Shown here piece after piece: positions 19,189 through 29,295 of a stretch of 64,000 nucleotides of DNA. Position numbers and translations under genes: made by a program. Below the pieces are notes generated by a model. The model worked only from the letters and a program-made list of their open reading frames with translations, was not told the DNA's origin and did not search any database. Source of the DNA: an uncultured Candidatus Binatia bacterium (GTDB lineage: Bacteria > Desulfobacterota > Binatia > UBA9968 > JAJDTQ01); assembly GCA_965213675.1 (NCBI GenBank), contig OZ243916.1, forward strand, positions 2,944,001 through 3,008,000, written 5' to 3'. Every line of letters starts with the position of its first letter. Position 1 is the first letter of the stretch.

Positions 19189-19524
19189 CTACGTCAGCTC
19201 CCCGAACACGGCGATCCAGATGCATGGCGGCATCCGGCTCGTGTAGTCGACGCGGTGGCGTTGATGGGCGGGAATGAGCACGTGGTCGCCGGCGTTGAGT
19301 GGGAGTTTCTCGCCGTTCCCGTATTCCAGTACGGCCTGGCCCTGGATCAGCGCGACCCATTCGTCGCGGTCCTGGTCGTACCATTCCCCGGCGCGCGAGG
19401 TCTGACCGGCAGAGACGATGCGCTCGATCTTCACGCCCCGGTGGGGGATGAGGTCGACGGACTCCTCGTCGTCCGGGAGCGGACGGGGCACGTTGAAGAG
19501 ATTGGCCGGTTTATTCTCCATCAA
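19189..19524 (-). CDS. Cupin domain protein
   Basis: IERIVS, WYDQDRDEWV, IPAHQRHRV. Confidence 0.85.
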   Translation of the reverse strand: MMENKPANLFNVPRPLPDDEESVDLIPHRGVKIERIVSAGQTSRAGEWYDQDRDEWVALIQGQAVLEYGNGEKLPLNAGDHVLIPAHQRHRVDYTSRMPPCIWIAVFGELT

Positions 19525-19622
19525 GTCCCCTGAACCCGAAAGTCCTGCGGCGCAAGCTCCTGGCGCCCGCCCGCTTCACGAAGAGGGTCGTCGTGGCGAC
19601 ACCACACTAGCCGTGTCCGGCC

Positions 19623-20690
19623 TCAACGTCCGCCGGCCGGCGGACGGAACAGCGCGAACACCTTGTCGGAATTGGAGATCCACGATTCCAGGAAGACGAT
19701 GTCGTCGGGCTTGCGGCCGATCTCCGACATGGCGCCGGCCAGGGCGAACCAGTTGAGCAACTCGTGGTGGCCGCGGTCCTCGGCCTCGGGCAGGCTGGTC
19801 TTGCGCCAGGTTTCCCAGTCGCCATCCCGGAGCGCGGCGAAGTAGCGCTTGTCCGACTCCACGTCGGGATACATGAACGAGTGCTTGGCGGTGAGAAACG
19901 AGTGGGACCAACTCGATGAAGCGATGAGGGCCACGCGCCAGGGGCTGTCCGCGAAGGCGCGGGCGGTGGCGGCGCCGATGTCGAAGCAGCGCCAGGGCTG
20001 GGGGCCAGGCGGGTCGAACCGGTCGGCGATGTTTTGGGCGGCGGAGGGGGTCAGCGGTACGCCCCGGCTGCCCACAAGCTTGCGGCCGTAGGCGTTGACG
20101 GTGAATGGCACCAGCGGGTACGGGAATCCCTGCCGGTCCCAGTCCAGGTACAGGATCGAGTTGATGAAGGCGTGTCCCAAGCCCCGGTGGAGCGGCTTGT
20201 AGGAGTAGGCCACGTCGAAGCCGTTGTCCAGCAGGCTCGACGCCAGGTGCTTGCCGGCCTCCTGGTGCCCGTTGATGGTGAAGACCTTGTCGTCGGGTTC
20301 GTCCCACATGTTGGCGCCACGGCGTGTGTGGGTCCACGGCTGCGATTCCACCGAGTCGTAGGCCAGAATGGAGAACGCGGGCACGCAGTCTTCCTGGTAG
20401 TTTTCGTACTGGTCATCGCCCCACAGGACGCACAGGTCGGGCTGGAATTCGTCCAGGGCGCGGCGGGCGATGCGGAAGCGGTGGATGAGTTCCTGGCGGT
20501 GGGCGTCGGAGTGGCCCTGTCCGTCGTCCGCGCCCCACTGCTCGCGCATGGGCGCGGGCCAGTTCTCCAGGTGGCGCAACCGCTCCGGCAACGCGGGGTC
20601 CTCCAGGCACATCCGGATGCGCCGGGTCATGTTCCCCTGGAATCCGAGTCCGGGGTAGTGCGTGATGCCCAGTCCGAGTATTTCTCCCAT
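19623..20690 (-). CDS. LigB-like extradiol ring-cleavage dioxygenase family protein
   Basis: GLGITHYP, WGDDQYEN, LGHAF, ASSSWSH, HELLNW. Confidence 0.75.
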   Translation of the reverse strand: MGEILGLGITHYPGLGFQGNMTRRIRMCLEDPALPERLRHLENWPAPMREQWGADDGQGHSDAHRQELIHRFRIARRALDEFQPDLCVLWGDDQYENYQEDCVPAFSILAYDSVESQPWTHTRRGANMWDEPDDKVFTINGHQEAGKHLASSLLDNGFDVAYSYKPLHRGLGHAFINSILYLDWDRQGFPYPLVPFTVNAYGRKLVGSRGVPLTPSAAQNIADRFDPPGPQPWRCFDIGAATARAFADSPWRVALIASSSWSHSFLTAKHSFMYPDVESDKRYFAALRDGDWETWRKTSLPEAEDRGHHELLNWFALAGAMSEIGRKPDDIVFLESWISNSDKVFALFRPPAGGR

Positions 20691-20799
20691 GCCCGTGCTC
20701 CCTTCCCTGGATGACCTGCCTGTTCGTCCCGAGTCCGGTCAACCAGGCGTCCTTCGACATCGCGCCGCGAAGCAGGTGGATGCGAACCTGCCGCCGCCC

Positions 20800-21624
20800 T
20801 CACACGGCGATGGTCTGCCCCCCGTCCACCACCAGAGCGTGGCCAGTGACGAAGGAGGCTTCGTCGGACACCAGGAACAGCACGCCGTAGGCCATCTCTT
20901 CGGGCCGCGCCATGCGCAGCAGGGCCTTGTTGCTGTCGGCCATGCGCTTGCGCTGTTCGGGGGTGGCGGCCTGGAGCGACGGCACCGGCGGGTGTCCGCG
21001 AAAGCGCGGGGTCTCGGTGGCGCCCGGACAGATGCAGTTCACGCGGATGCCCTTGGGGCCGTAGTCCAGCGCCATCTGCCGGGTCAGGCTGATCACCGCA
21101 GCCTTGGTGGCGCAGTAGGCCGGATAGTTCGCAGAGGCCAGCAGTCCGAAGGTCGACGCCGTGCTCACGATGTTGCCGCTGCCCTTCTCGATCATGTGGG
21201 GCACCGCCGCCCGGACGCTCCTCTGGATGGCGTTCAGGTTGAGGGCCATGATGAAGTTCCATTCCTCGTCGGTGTGTTCATGGACCTGCTTGCGGATGCC
21301 GCCGCCGGCGTTGTTGTAGAGGATATCCACGCCGCCGTAGGTGTCGATGGCTGTCCGCACCATCTCCTCGGGACCGCCATCCGCGGTCACGTTCACATTC
21401 AGAAAGGTGGCCGCACCGCCCTCGTCGATGATGAGCTGGTCCACCCGCGGCGTCAGGGTCTCCTGGATGTCGCAGCACACGACGCTGGCGCCTTCGCGCG
21501 CGAACAGCCGGGACGTGGCCCGTCCGATGCCGCTGTTGGCCCCGGTAATGATGGCCACTTTGCCCCGTAGCCGCCCCCGCCCCTCCCCCAGCATGGGATG
21601 CTCGTCGTTGTTGGCGTTCGCCAT
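20800..21624 (-). CDS. Short-chain dehydrogenase/reductase
   Basis: TGANSGIG, NNAG, YCATK, VDGG. Confidence 0.92.
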   Translation of the reverse strand: MANANNDEHPMLGEGRGRLRGKVAIITGANSGIGRATSRLFAREGASVVCCDIQETLTPRVDQLIIDEGGAATFLNVNVTADGGPEEMVRTAIDTYGGVDILYNNAGGGIRKQVHEHTDEEWNFIMALNLNAIQRSVRAAVPHMIEKGSGNIVSTASTFGLLASANYPAYCATKAAVISLTRQMALDYGPKGIRVNCICPGATETPRFRGHPPVPSLQAATPEQRKRMADSNKALLRMARPEEMAYGVLFLVSDEASFVTGHALVVDGGQTIAV

Positions 21625-21724
21625 GGTTTGCCTCCTTGATTTGTGCGCCTCGCGGCTCGTTCTCCCTTATCGGATCGACTGGTGATTTCCAAGCGGGTAC
21701 CCTTCGAATCGTTGTCCCGCGCAT

Positions 21725-21863
21725 CAGGCTTTGTGAAAACTCGTGAGGCGGGGACCCGGCGGATCGTCATGCCAGCGGAAGCGGGAATCCAGGGGTGGGA
21801 GAGATCGCGTCGCCGTGGGCCACAACTCCACCCCGCCGGGATTCCCGCTTCCGCTGGAATGAC
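21725..21863. repeat. IS-end-like motif plus REP-like palindrome
   Basis: CAGGCTTTGTGAAAACTCGTGAG (21725-47), then inverted repeat 21766-21790 / 21839-21863. Confidence 0.8.
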
Positions 21864-21959
21864 ATAAACACTTATACAAGGTTGGCGCCCGGGATCCGGG
21901 TCTGCGGGTTAACGTCGCCGGCACAATTCGCTACAGTGAAGCCATCGGGGAGGATTGAA

Positions 21960-22844
21960 ATGGACCAAGCGGACGAAAGATTCGTGGATGTGGACGGCGT
22001 TCGCACGCGCTACTTCGAGAAGGGCAGCGGCGAACCGCTGGTGCTGTTCCACGGCGGCAACTTCGGCTCCAACGACGCGGCGGACTGCAGCCTCGACTGG
22101 AATCGCAACTTTGACGCCTTGGCAAAGTGGTTTCACGTCTACGCGGTGGACAAGCTGGGACAGGGGCTGACCGGCAACCCCAAGAGCGACGACGACTACA
22201 CCATGGCCGCCACGGTGCATCACGCCCTCGCCTTCCTGGAGACCCTGAAGCTCGGCAACGTGCACCTGGTGGGGCATTCCCGCGGCGCCTACCTGGTGGC
22301 GCGCATGACGCTGGAACGGGCGGACCTGGTCAAGTCCGTGATCCCGGTGGACACCAACACGCTGGCGCCGGGCGTGGGGCGCAACGACATCGTCTTCGCC
22401 AACGCGCCGCAGCCGCGCCTGAGCCGCGAGAGCCAGCGCTGGGTGTACGAGCGCTACTCCTACGACCACAACCACATCACCGACGACTGGCTCGACGCCT
22501 GCGTGGCCATCGCCCAACTGCCCAAGTACCAGGTGGCGGTGGAGAAGATGGAGATGCAGGGCCTCAAGGTCAACCTCTTCCTGGCCCGGCACGGGCGCCA
22601 GAAGGAAGAGACCCTGGGCTGGATCCGCGACCGCGGCCTGCAGCGCCCCACGCTCCTGGTGTGGGGCTACAACGACCCCACTGCCACCCTCGACCAGGGC
22701 CTGCGCCTCTACGATCTCATGGCCGGCAGCGAGCGCCGCACCCAGATGCACATCATCAACCAGGCCGGCCACTTCTCGTACCGCGAGCACCCCGCGGAGT
22801 TCAACGAGGTGCTGCGCGCGTTCATCGCAAGCCAGTCCGGGTAA
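21960..22844 (+). CDS. Alpha/beta hydrolase (meta-cleavage product hydrolase-like)
   Basis: HGG, GHSRG nucleophile elbow, WGYND, AGH. Confidence 0.85.
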   Translation: MDQADERFVDVDGVRTRYFEKGSGEPLVLFHGGNFGSNDAADCSLDWNRNFDALAKWFHVYAVDKLGQGLTGNPKSDDDYTMAATVHHALAFLETLKLGNVHLVGHSRGAYLVARMTLERADLVKSVIPVDTNTLAPGVGRNDIVFANAPQPRLSRESQRWVYERYSYDHNHITDDWLDACVAIAQLPKYQVAVEKMEMQGLKVNLFLARHGRQKEETLGWIRDRGLQRPTLLVWGYNDPTATLDQGLRLYDLMAGSERRTQMHIINQAGHFSYREHPAEFNEVLRAFIASQSG

Positions 22845-22972
22845 CGGCGGGGCGGTGCCCGGCGCGCCGTTCGAGAAGGCCTCCCGGATGCTTGAAAAGA
22901 CCCGCCGGGGTGAATGGTCACCGTCGAGAACTGGCGTATTGAACACTGATGTCGTGAACAGGAGGGAAACGC

Positions 22973-23314
22973 ATGGGCAAATACATGTTCCACACCACGT
23001 ATACCGGCAAGGGGCTGGTGGGGCTCTTGAAGGAGGGCGGCAGCCGGCGGCGGGCGGCGTTGACCCAGACCATCGAGGGCATGGGCGGCAGCGTGGAGGG
23101 GCTTTACTACGCCTTTGGCGACACCGACCTGTACATCATCGCCGAGCTGCCGGACGATGCCACGGCGTCGGCCGTTTCGCTCCACATCGCCAACGCGGGC
23201 GCCCTCAATATCAAGTGCACGGTGCTGATCACGCCGGAGACCGTGGACGAGGCCGTCAAAAAGAAGGTGCCGTACCGGCCGCCGGGCGCACGGGCAACCC
23301 GCGGCCGGAAGTAG
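22973..23314 (+). CDS. GYD domain protein
   Basis: YYAFGDTDLYII, YRPPG; AGGAGG RBS. Confidence 0.75.
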   Translation: MGKYMFHTTYTGKGLVGLLKEGGSRRRAALTQTIEGMGGSVEGLYYAFGDTDLYIIAELPDDATASAVSLHIANAGALNIKCTVLITPETVDEAVKKKVPYRPPGARATRGRK

Positions 23315-23363
23315 GCGCATTCGCGGCGGCACCGGCAGAAGCGGGCGCCGGTGCCTTCCACAC

Positions 23364-25274
23364 ATGCCCCTCGTAAACTTCGAAGACATCTCGCTGGAAC
23401 TGGGCGACCAGCGGTTGCTGGCCCACGCCGAGTTCGCCATCGAGCCGGGGGAGCGGGTCTGCCTCATCGGCCGCAACGGCGCGGGCAAGACCTCCCTGCT
23501 GCGGCTCATTACCGGGAGGCTCGAACCCGACCACGGCGAGATCCACTACCAGAGCCGCATCCGCGTGAGCGAGCTGGAGCAGGCGCTGCCCGAGGAACTC
23601 GGGCAGACGGTGCGGGAATACGTCACCACCGGGCTGGCGGACCTGCAGGGGCTCATCGATCTCTACCAGCAGCGTTCCCGGGAGACCCTGGACCGCAAGG
23701 GATTGCTGGAGCTGGAGGCGCTGCACCGGGAGATTGACGCCCACGGCGGCTGGAACGTGGACCAGCGCGTGGACACGGTGCTGAGCGAGCTGGACCTGCC
23801 GGCGGAGCGGCGGCTGGGGGAATTGTCCGGCGGCTGGCAGCGGCGCGTGGGGCTGGCCCGGGCCATGGTCGGCAACGCTGAATTGCTGCTCCTCGACGAG
23901 CCCACGAACCACCTCGACCTGAGCACCATCCAGTGGCTCGAGGACCGAATCTACCACTACGCCGGCAGCGTCCTGTTCATCACCCACGACCGCGCCTTCC
24001 TGCGTCGCCTGGCCACCCGCATCGTGGAGCTGGACCGCACCCGGCTCACGAGCTGGCCCGGCACCTACGACCACTTCCTCCGGCTCAAGGAGGAAAGCCT
24101 GGCGGAGGAGTCCCGTCACGATGCCTTGTTCGACAAGCGGCTGGCCCAGGAGGAGGCGTGGATACGCCGGGGAATCAAGGCGCGGCGCACGCGCAACGAG
24201 GGACGGGTGCGCGCGCTCATGGCCATGCGCGAGGAGGCGGCCCAGCGCCTCAAGCCCCAGAGTCACGCCCGCATCCATGTGCAGCAGGGGGGCCAGTCGG
24301 GCCGCAAGGTTGTGGAGTTGCGCAACGTCACCCACGGCTACGGCGGCGAACCCGTGATACGGAATTTCTCGCTGCGCCTCATGCGCGGCGACCGCATCGG
24401 CCTCATCGGCAACAACGGCGTGGGCAAGAGCACGCTCCTGCGCATCCTCGTGGGTGAGATCAAGCCCGACTCCGGCACCGTGGAGATGGGCGCTAACCTG
24501 GAGTTCGGCTATTTCGATCAAATGCGGCGCCAACTGGACCCGGACAAGACCGTGGCGGACACCGTGGCGGACGGCCGCGACCACGTCTTCGTCAACGGCA
24601 AACCGCGCCACGTAGTGGGCTATCTCAAGGGTTTCCTGTTCAGTCCCAAGCGCGCCTTGAGCCCGGTGGGCGCGCTCTCCGGCGGCGAGTGCAACCGCGT
24701 CATCCTGGCGCGCCTGCTCACGCAGCCCGCCAACCTCCTGGTGCTGGACGAACCCACCAACGACCTCGACATCGAGACCCTCGAAGTGTTGGAGCATCAA
24801 CTCGTGCGCTACCGTGGGACGCTGCTGGTGGTGAGCCACGACCGGAGCTTCCTGGACAACTGCGTCACCAGCACTCTGGTGTTCGAGGACACGGGCGCGA
24901 TCCAGCGCCACGCCGGCGGCTACACCGACTGGCTGCGCCGCGGCAAGGCCCTGGCCGTTACCGACGATCCCAACCGCGGGAGTTCCCGGGAGCCGGCGCG
25001 GGACCGGCGGGAGACCCGGTCCCGCCCCACCAAGCTCAGCTACAAGCTGCAACGGGAGCTGGACGGGCTGCCGGGCCGGATCGAAGTCGTGGAACAGGCC
25101 GTGGCCGCGCTGGAAGAGAAGACCCGGCAGCCCGACTTCTACGCTCAGCCCTTCGCCGACGTGCAGCCGGTCCTGGACGAATTGAAGACGGCCAAGGCGG
25201 CTCTGGACGAAGCCCTGGAGCGCTGGACCGAGCTGGAGACGCTGAAGGAGGAGGCGGAGGGGCGCTCGCGGTGA
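23364..25274 (+). CDS. uup: ABC-F family ATPase Uup
   Basis: Two ABC domains (GRNGAGKT, GNNGVGKS), EEAWIRRGIKARRTRNEGRVRAL, C-terminal KLSYKLQREL. Confidence 0.9.
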   Translation: MPLVNFEDISLELGDQRLLAHAEFAIEPGERVCLIGRNGAGKTSLLRLITGRLEPDHGEIHYQSRIRVSELEQALPEELGQTVREYVTTGLADLQGLIDLYQQRSRETLDRKGLLELEALHREIDAHGGWNVDQRVDTVLSELDLPAERRLGELSGGWQRRVGLARAMVGNAELLLLDEPTNHLDLSTIQWLEDRIYHYAGSVLFITHDRAFLRRLATRIVELDRTRLTSWPGTYDHFLRLKEESLAEESRHDALFDKRLAQEEAWIRRGIKARRTRNEGRVRALMAMREEAAQRLKPQSHARIHVQQGGQSGRKVVELRNVTHGYGGEPVIRNFSLRLMRGDRIGLIGNNGVGKSTLLRILVGEIKPDSGTVEMGANLEFGYFDQMRRQLDPDKTVADTVADGRDHVFVNGKPRHVVGYLKGFLFSPKRALSPVGALSGGECNRVILARLLTQPANLLVLDEPTNDLDIETLEVLEHQLVRYRGTLLVVSHDRSFLDNCVTSTLVFEDTGAIQRHAGGYTDWLRRGKALAVTDDPNRGSSREPARDRRETRSRPTKLSYKLQRELDGLPGRIEVVEQAVAALEEKTRQPDFYAQPFADVQPVLDELKTAKAALDEALERWTELETLKEEAEGRSR

Positions 25275-25386
25275 GACGGGCGTGAATTCTTCCAGATTCA
25301 GGTAGTTCGTCAGGGGTACGGTACATTCAGGGCCCTACATTGCCTGCCCCTGGAACTTCCGATAAGAAGGTGTGCGGAGACAACCC

Positions 25387-27684
25387 ATGAGAAAACAACG
25401 ATTGTCAGTGGCCGGGCACAGCTCCATGCGCGTGGACGCGATGGAGAAGGTGTCGGGGACGGCGTTCTACACCGGCGACATGGAGCTTCCGGGGATGGCC
25501 CATGCCAGGATCCTGCGGAGTCCCGTGCCCCACGCGCGCCTGCTCAAGGTGGACGCCGCCAAGGCAAGGGCGCTGCCCGGGGTCATCGACGTGCTCACCC
25601 GGGACGAGCTGGCCGGCCTCAACTACATGTACGGCGCCACCTACAAGGACCAGGCGGTGGTGGCGGTGGACAAGGTGCGCTACGTGGGCGACCCGGTGGC
25701 GGCGGTGCTGTCCGCGGACGAACTGGTGGCGGAGGAGGCGCTGGCGCTCATCGACGTGGAGTACGAGGAACTGCCGTTCGTGGACAACGTGGATGACGCG
25801 TTGGCGCCGGGCGCGCCACTGGTGCACGAAGGAGACGTGGCCAGGGCCGAGCTTCGGGGCTCCACCTACGGCGCGCCGGAACGGTTCAAGGGCACCAACG
25901 TCTGTTATTACTTCGGCTACTCCCGGGGCAATGTGGATCAGGGCTTTGACAAGTCCGACCACGTGTTCGAGGACGTCTTCCGCTTCTCCAAGGTGCAGCA
26001 TTACTCGCTGGAACCGCACATCTGCGTCGCCCACCATGACGGCGAGCGCCTGACGGTGTGGAGTTCGTGCCAGGACCCGTTTACCCTCCGGGGGCACTTG
26101 GCCGGGATCTTCAAGCTGCCGCTCAACCGGGTGCGGGTGGTGGTGCCCTACGTCGGCGGCGGCTACGGCGGCAAACTCTACGTCAAGGCCGACCCCATCG
26201 CCGCGGCGCTGTCGGTGCGCAACCGCCGTCCGGTCAAGCTGGCCATGAGCGCCAATGACAGCTTCAAGACGGTGACGCGCCATCCCGCGCGCATCCGTAT
26301 CAAGACCGGGGTCACGAAGAAGGGCTTGATGGTGGCGCGGGAGCTGGAAATCTATATGGACACCGGCGCCTACGCCGACGCCGGACCGCGGGTGACCCAG
26401 AAGGCGGGCTATCGAGCGGTGGGTCCCTACCGCGTGGCCAACGTCAAGATCGACGCCCACGGCGTCTACAGCAACACGGTGCCGGCGGGCGCGTTCCGCG
26501 GCTTCGGCGCGGTGCAGGTGGCTTGGGCCTACGAGTCCCAGATGGACATGATCGCCAGGCGTCTGGGCATGGACCCGCTGGACTTCCGCCTCAAGAACCT
26601 GCTGGACAAGGGCGAGCCGTACACCCCCGGCGACACCCCGGTGGACTGCGACCTCAAGCAGGGGCTGCGCAAGGTGGCGCGGACGCTGGACTGGAAGAAG
26701 CCGACGCCGCCCAACGTGGGCCGGGGTGTGAGCGTTTGTCTGAAGGACGCCGGCGGCACCTACAAGGTGGCCGGGGCCACGGTCAAGATGTCGTCGGACG
26801 GTAGCGCCGTGTTGCTTACGGGCACCGTGGAGGTGGGACAGGGCAGCCGCACGGCGCTGAGCCAGGTGGTGGCGGAGGAGTTGGGCATCAAGCTGGAGCA
26901 GGTGTCCGTGGCCCAGTTGGACACGGACGTGACGCCCTTCGACGTGTCCACCAGCGCCAGCAGCTCCATGACCGTCATGGGCCTCGCCACCCAGCGGGCC
27001 GCCCAGGACGTGAAGAAGCAGTTGCTCAAGGCCGCGGCCAAAGTCATGGGAGAGAAGGCCGCCGACCTGAAGCTCAAGGGCGGCCGGGTGCGCGGCGCCA
27101 AGGGGCGCGGGACGCCCTACAGCGAGGTCATTGCCGGCTACTACGGCAGCTCCGCCACCGAGATCGTCGGCCGCGGCGGCTACCAGGACAGGAAGAGCAA
27201 GACCGCGGTGCTGGGTTCCCCCACCACCTTCTGGGAGGTGGGCTGGGGCGGCGTGGAGCTGGAGGTGGACCCGGAAACCGGGGTCATCCGCATCCTCAAG
27301 TTCGTGTCCATGGCGGATGTGGGCCGGGCCATCAACCCCCTGCAGTGCCAAGGCCAGGACGAGGGCGGCGTTCTCTTTGGCATCGGGCACACCATCCTGG
27401 AAGACATGGTGTACGAGAACGGCCAGCCCTTGAACCCCAACCTCATCGATTACCGTGTCCCCAACTTCCACGACCTGCCGGAGAATTTCATCTCGGAGCT
27501 GATGGAAAGCGGCAATGGCCCCGGCCCCTTCGGGGCCAAGGGCATGGGCGAGGGCGGAGTGTTGCCGGCCGCATCCGCCATTGCCGCGGCCGTGGAAGAC
27601 GCCGTGGGCGTACGCATCTGCGACCTGCCACTGTCGCCCCCCAAGGTGTGGCAGCGGCTGCAGGAGAGGGAGAGCGGGGGCTAG
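25387..27684 (+). CDS. Xanthine dehydrogenase family molybdopterin-binding large subunit
   Basis: GGGYGGK, AFRGFG, EVGQG, AINP, GAKGMGE. Confidence 0.9.
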   Translation: MRKQRLSVAGHSSMRVDAMEKVSGTAFYTGDMELPGMAHARILRSPVPHARLLKVDAAKARALPGVIDVLTRDELAGLNYMYGATYKDQAVVAVDKVRYVGDPVAAVLSADELVAEEALALIDVEYEELPFVDNVDDALAPGAPLVHEGDVARAELRGSTYGAPERFKGTNVCYYFGYSRGNVDQGFDKSDHVFEDVFRFSKVQHYSLEPHICVAHHDGERLTVWSSCQDPFTLRGHLAGIFKLPLNRVRVVVPYVGGGYGGKLYVKADPIAAALSVRNRRPVKLAMSANDSFKTVTRHPARIRIKTGVTKKGLMVARELEIYMDTGAYADAGPRVTQKAGYRAVGPYRVANVKIDAHGVYSNTVPAGAFRGFGAVQVAWAYESQMDMIARRLGMDPLDFRLKNLLDKGEPYTPGDTPVDCDLKQGLRKVARTLDWKKPTPPNVGRGVSVCLKDAGGTYKVAGATVKMSSDGSAVLLTGTVEVGQGSRTALSQVVAEELGIKLEQVSVAQLDTDVTPFDVSTSASSSMTVMGLATQRAAQDVKKQLLKAAAKVMGEKAADLKLKGGRVRGAKGRGTPYSEVIAGYYGSSATEIVGRGGYQDRKSKTAVLGSPTTFWEVGWGGVELEVDPETGVIRILKFVSMADVGRAINPLQCQGQDEGGVLFGIGHTILEDMVYENGQPLNPNLIDYRVPNFHDLPENFISELMESGNGPGPFGAKGMGEGGVLPAASAIAAAVEDAVGVRICDLPLSPPKVWQRLQERESGG

Positions 27685-27844
27685 TGTCGCGTCCCGTAAA
27701 TTCCTGGGATAATTTGCGGGTCTGTTTCGCCGTCGGCTGCGTGGCTCTTCCTCGCGTGGTGCCCGCCACTGCTCGTCATCGCGCCTTGCCGACAAAAAAG
27801 ATCCTGCGCAACTTGTCGCAGGAATTTACGGGACACGATACCAG
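27681..27844. mobile_element. CTAG-bounded ~165 bp MITE-like element, copy 2
   Basis: Arms CTAGTGTCGCGTCCCGTAAATTCCTG / CAGGAATTTACGGGACACGATACCAG; core nearly identical to 12851-13015. Confidence 0.75.
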
Positions 27845-27892
27845 GAGCCCGTCGCCGCAAGAGATTGGTTGAATCGTCATGCCCTGTTGACT

Positions 27893-28110
27893 CCGTCATT
27901 CCCGTTTTCCAGGCTGTGTTGAAACTTCACCCGAACAGGAAATGGCACGGTCCTCCCATACCGTCATTCCCGCGGAAGCGGGAATCCAGGAGGGGTGAGG
28001 CGGGGCAAAACGTGCCCCTCCCCACCCCTGATTCCCGCTCTGCGGGATGACGGTAATGGGGGCGTCGTTGCCCCGGGAGTTTGGAAACAGCCTGTCCCAC
28101 GGTAATGGCG
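27893..28110. repeat. Nested composite repeat (REP arm / IS-end-like IR / REP / IR / REP arm)
   Basis: CCGTCATTCCCG, CAGGCTGTGTTGAAACT, REP 27961-28053, GAGTTTGGAAACAGCCTG, CGGTAATGGCG. Confidence 0.8.
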
Positions 28111-28132
28111 CTGCGGGGCCAAGGAGCCCATC

Positions 28133-29137
28133 ATGTCAGACCCCACCCGTTTTCGAGCCATGGTCGTCAGCGAGAGGGAGGACAAGACTTTCTCCCGCGT
28201 CATCACGGAGAAGTCGGCGGACGACCTGCCGGAAGGCGATCTGCTGGTGTCGGTGGCTTATTCCTCTCTCAACTACAAGGACGCGCTGTCGGCCTCCGGC
28301 AACAAGGGCGTCACCCGCAACTTTCCCCACACCCCCGGCATCGACGCGGCGGGCACGGTGGTGGAGAGCAGCGTGGGCGATTTCGCCGCAGGCGATGAGG
28401 TGGTGCTCACCGGCTTCGACCTGGGGGCCAACACGGACGGCGGCTTCGCCGAATACGCGCGGGTGCCGGCCGCCTGGGCGGTAAAGCGTCCGGACGGCTT
28501 GAGCCTCAAGGAAAGCATGGTGTACGGCACCGCCGGCTTCACCGCGGCGCTGTCGGTGCTGCGCCTCCTGGAGGGCGGAGTCACCCCGGAGTCGGGCGAC
28601 GTGCTGGTGACCGGCGCCACCGGCGGCGTTGGCTGCCTGGCCGTGGCCATACTGGCCCAGGCCGGCTACCGGGTAGTGGCGTCCACCGGCAAGGAGGCGG
28701 AGAAGGACTTTCTCACGGGTCTGGGCGCGGCCGACGTCATCTCGCGGGAGGACGCGGACGATCAGTCCGGCCGCCCCTTGCTTCGGGGTCTTTGGGCGGG
28801 TGTCGTGGATACCGTCGGCGGCAACATCCTCGCCACCGCCATCAAGGCCTCCAAGTACGGCGGGGTGGTGACGTGCTGCGGCAACGTGGCCTCGGTGGAG
28901 TTGAACACCACGGTGTTCCCGTTCATTCTGCGGGACGTGCGCCTCATCGGCGTGGCCACGCCGGACTGCCCCGCGGACATCCGCGCCACCCTGTGGCAGA
29001 AGATGGCCGGCGAGTGGAAGTTGCCCAACCTGGACGCGGTCACCATCGACTGCTCGCTGGACGAGTTGGACACCCACATCGAGAGCATACTCAAGGGCGG
29101 GGTGCGCGGCCGCGTGGTGGTGGACCTTTCGCGCTGA
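28133..29137 (+). CDS. YhdH/YhfP (AcuI-like) zinc-independent MDR oxidoreductase
   Basis: YSSLNYKD, GTAGFTA, TGATGGVG, FPFILR. Confidence 0.9.
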   Translation: MSDPTRFRAMVVSEREDKTFSRVITEKSADDLPEGDLLVSVAYSSLNYKDALSASGNKGVTRNFPHTPGIDAAGTVVESSVGDFAAGDEVVLTGFDLGANTDGGFAEYARVPAAWAVKRPDGLSLKESMVYGTAGFTAALSVLRLLEGGVTPESGDVLVTGATGGVGCLAVAILAQAGYRVVASTGKEAEKDFLTGLGAADVISREDADDQSGRPLLRGLWAGVVDTVGGNILATAIKASKYGGVVTCCGNVASVELNTTVFPFILRDVRLIGVATPDCPADIRATLWQKMAGEWKLPNLDAVTIDCSLDELDTHIESILKGGVRGRVVVDLSR

Positions 29138-29147
29138 CGGACACTCC

Positions 29148-29282
29148 GACTATCTCGGCAACGTGCAGACGCCGTTCGACGAGGACGACGTGCGGCGGGC
29201 GGTGGCAAGCCTCAAGGAGAAGGAAGTCGAGGCGGTGGCCGTCAACTTCCTCTTCAGCTTCCGGAACTCCGATCACGAGGAG
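29148..29282 (+). pseudogene. Hydantoinase A / oxoprolinase internal fragment
   Basis: DYLGNVQTPFDEDDVRRAVASLKEKEVEAVAVNFLFSFRNSDHE matches the G-x-V-x-x-P-x-D...EA-x-AV-x-FL-x-S-x-x-N-x-x-HE segment. Confidence 0.75.
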
Positions 29283-29295
29283 TGCGGTGGCGAAC

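Noticed and set aside
25387-27684. Aerobic CO dehydrogenase CoxL
   Set aside because: The active-site loop is AFRGFG, not the form I AYxCSFR motif.
25405-27795. Long antisense ORFs (also 9722-11374, 23256-25052, 40276-41727, 50752-52248)
   Set aside because: They mirror well-supported genes on the other strand and carry no family motifs; expected at high GC.
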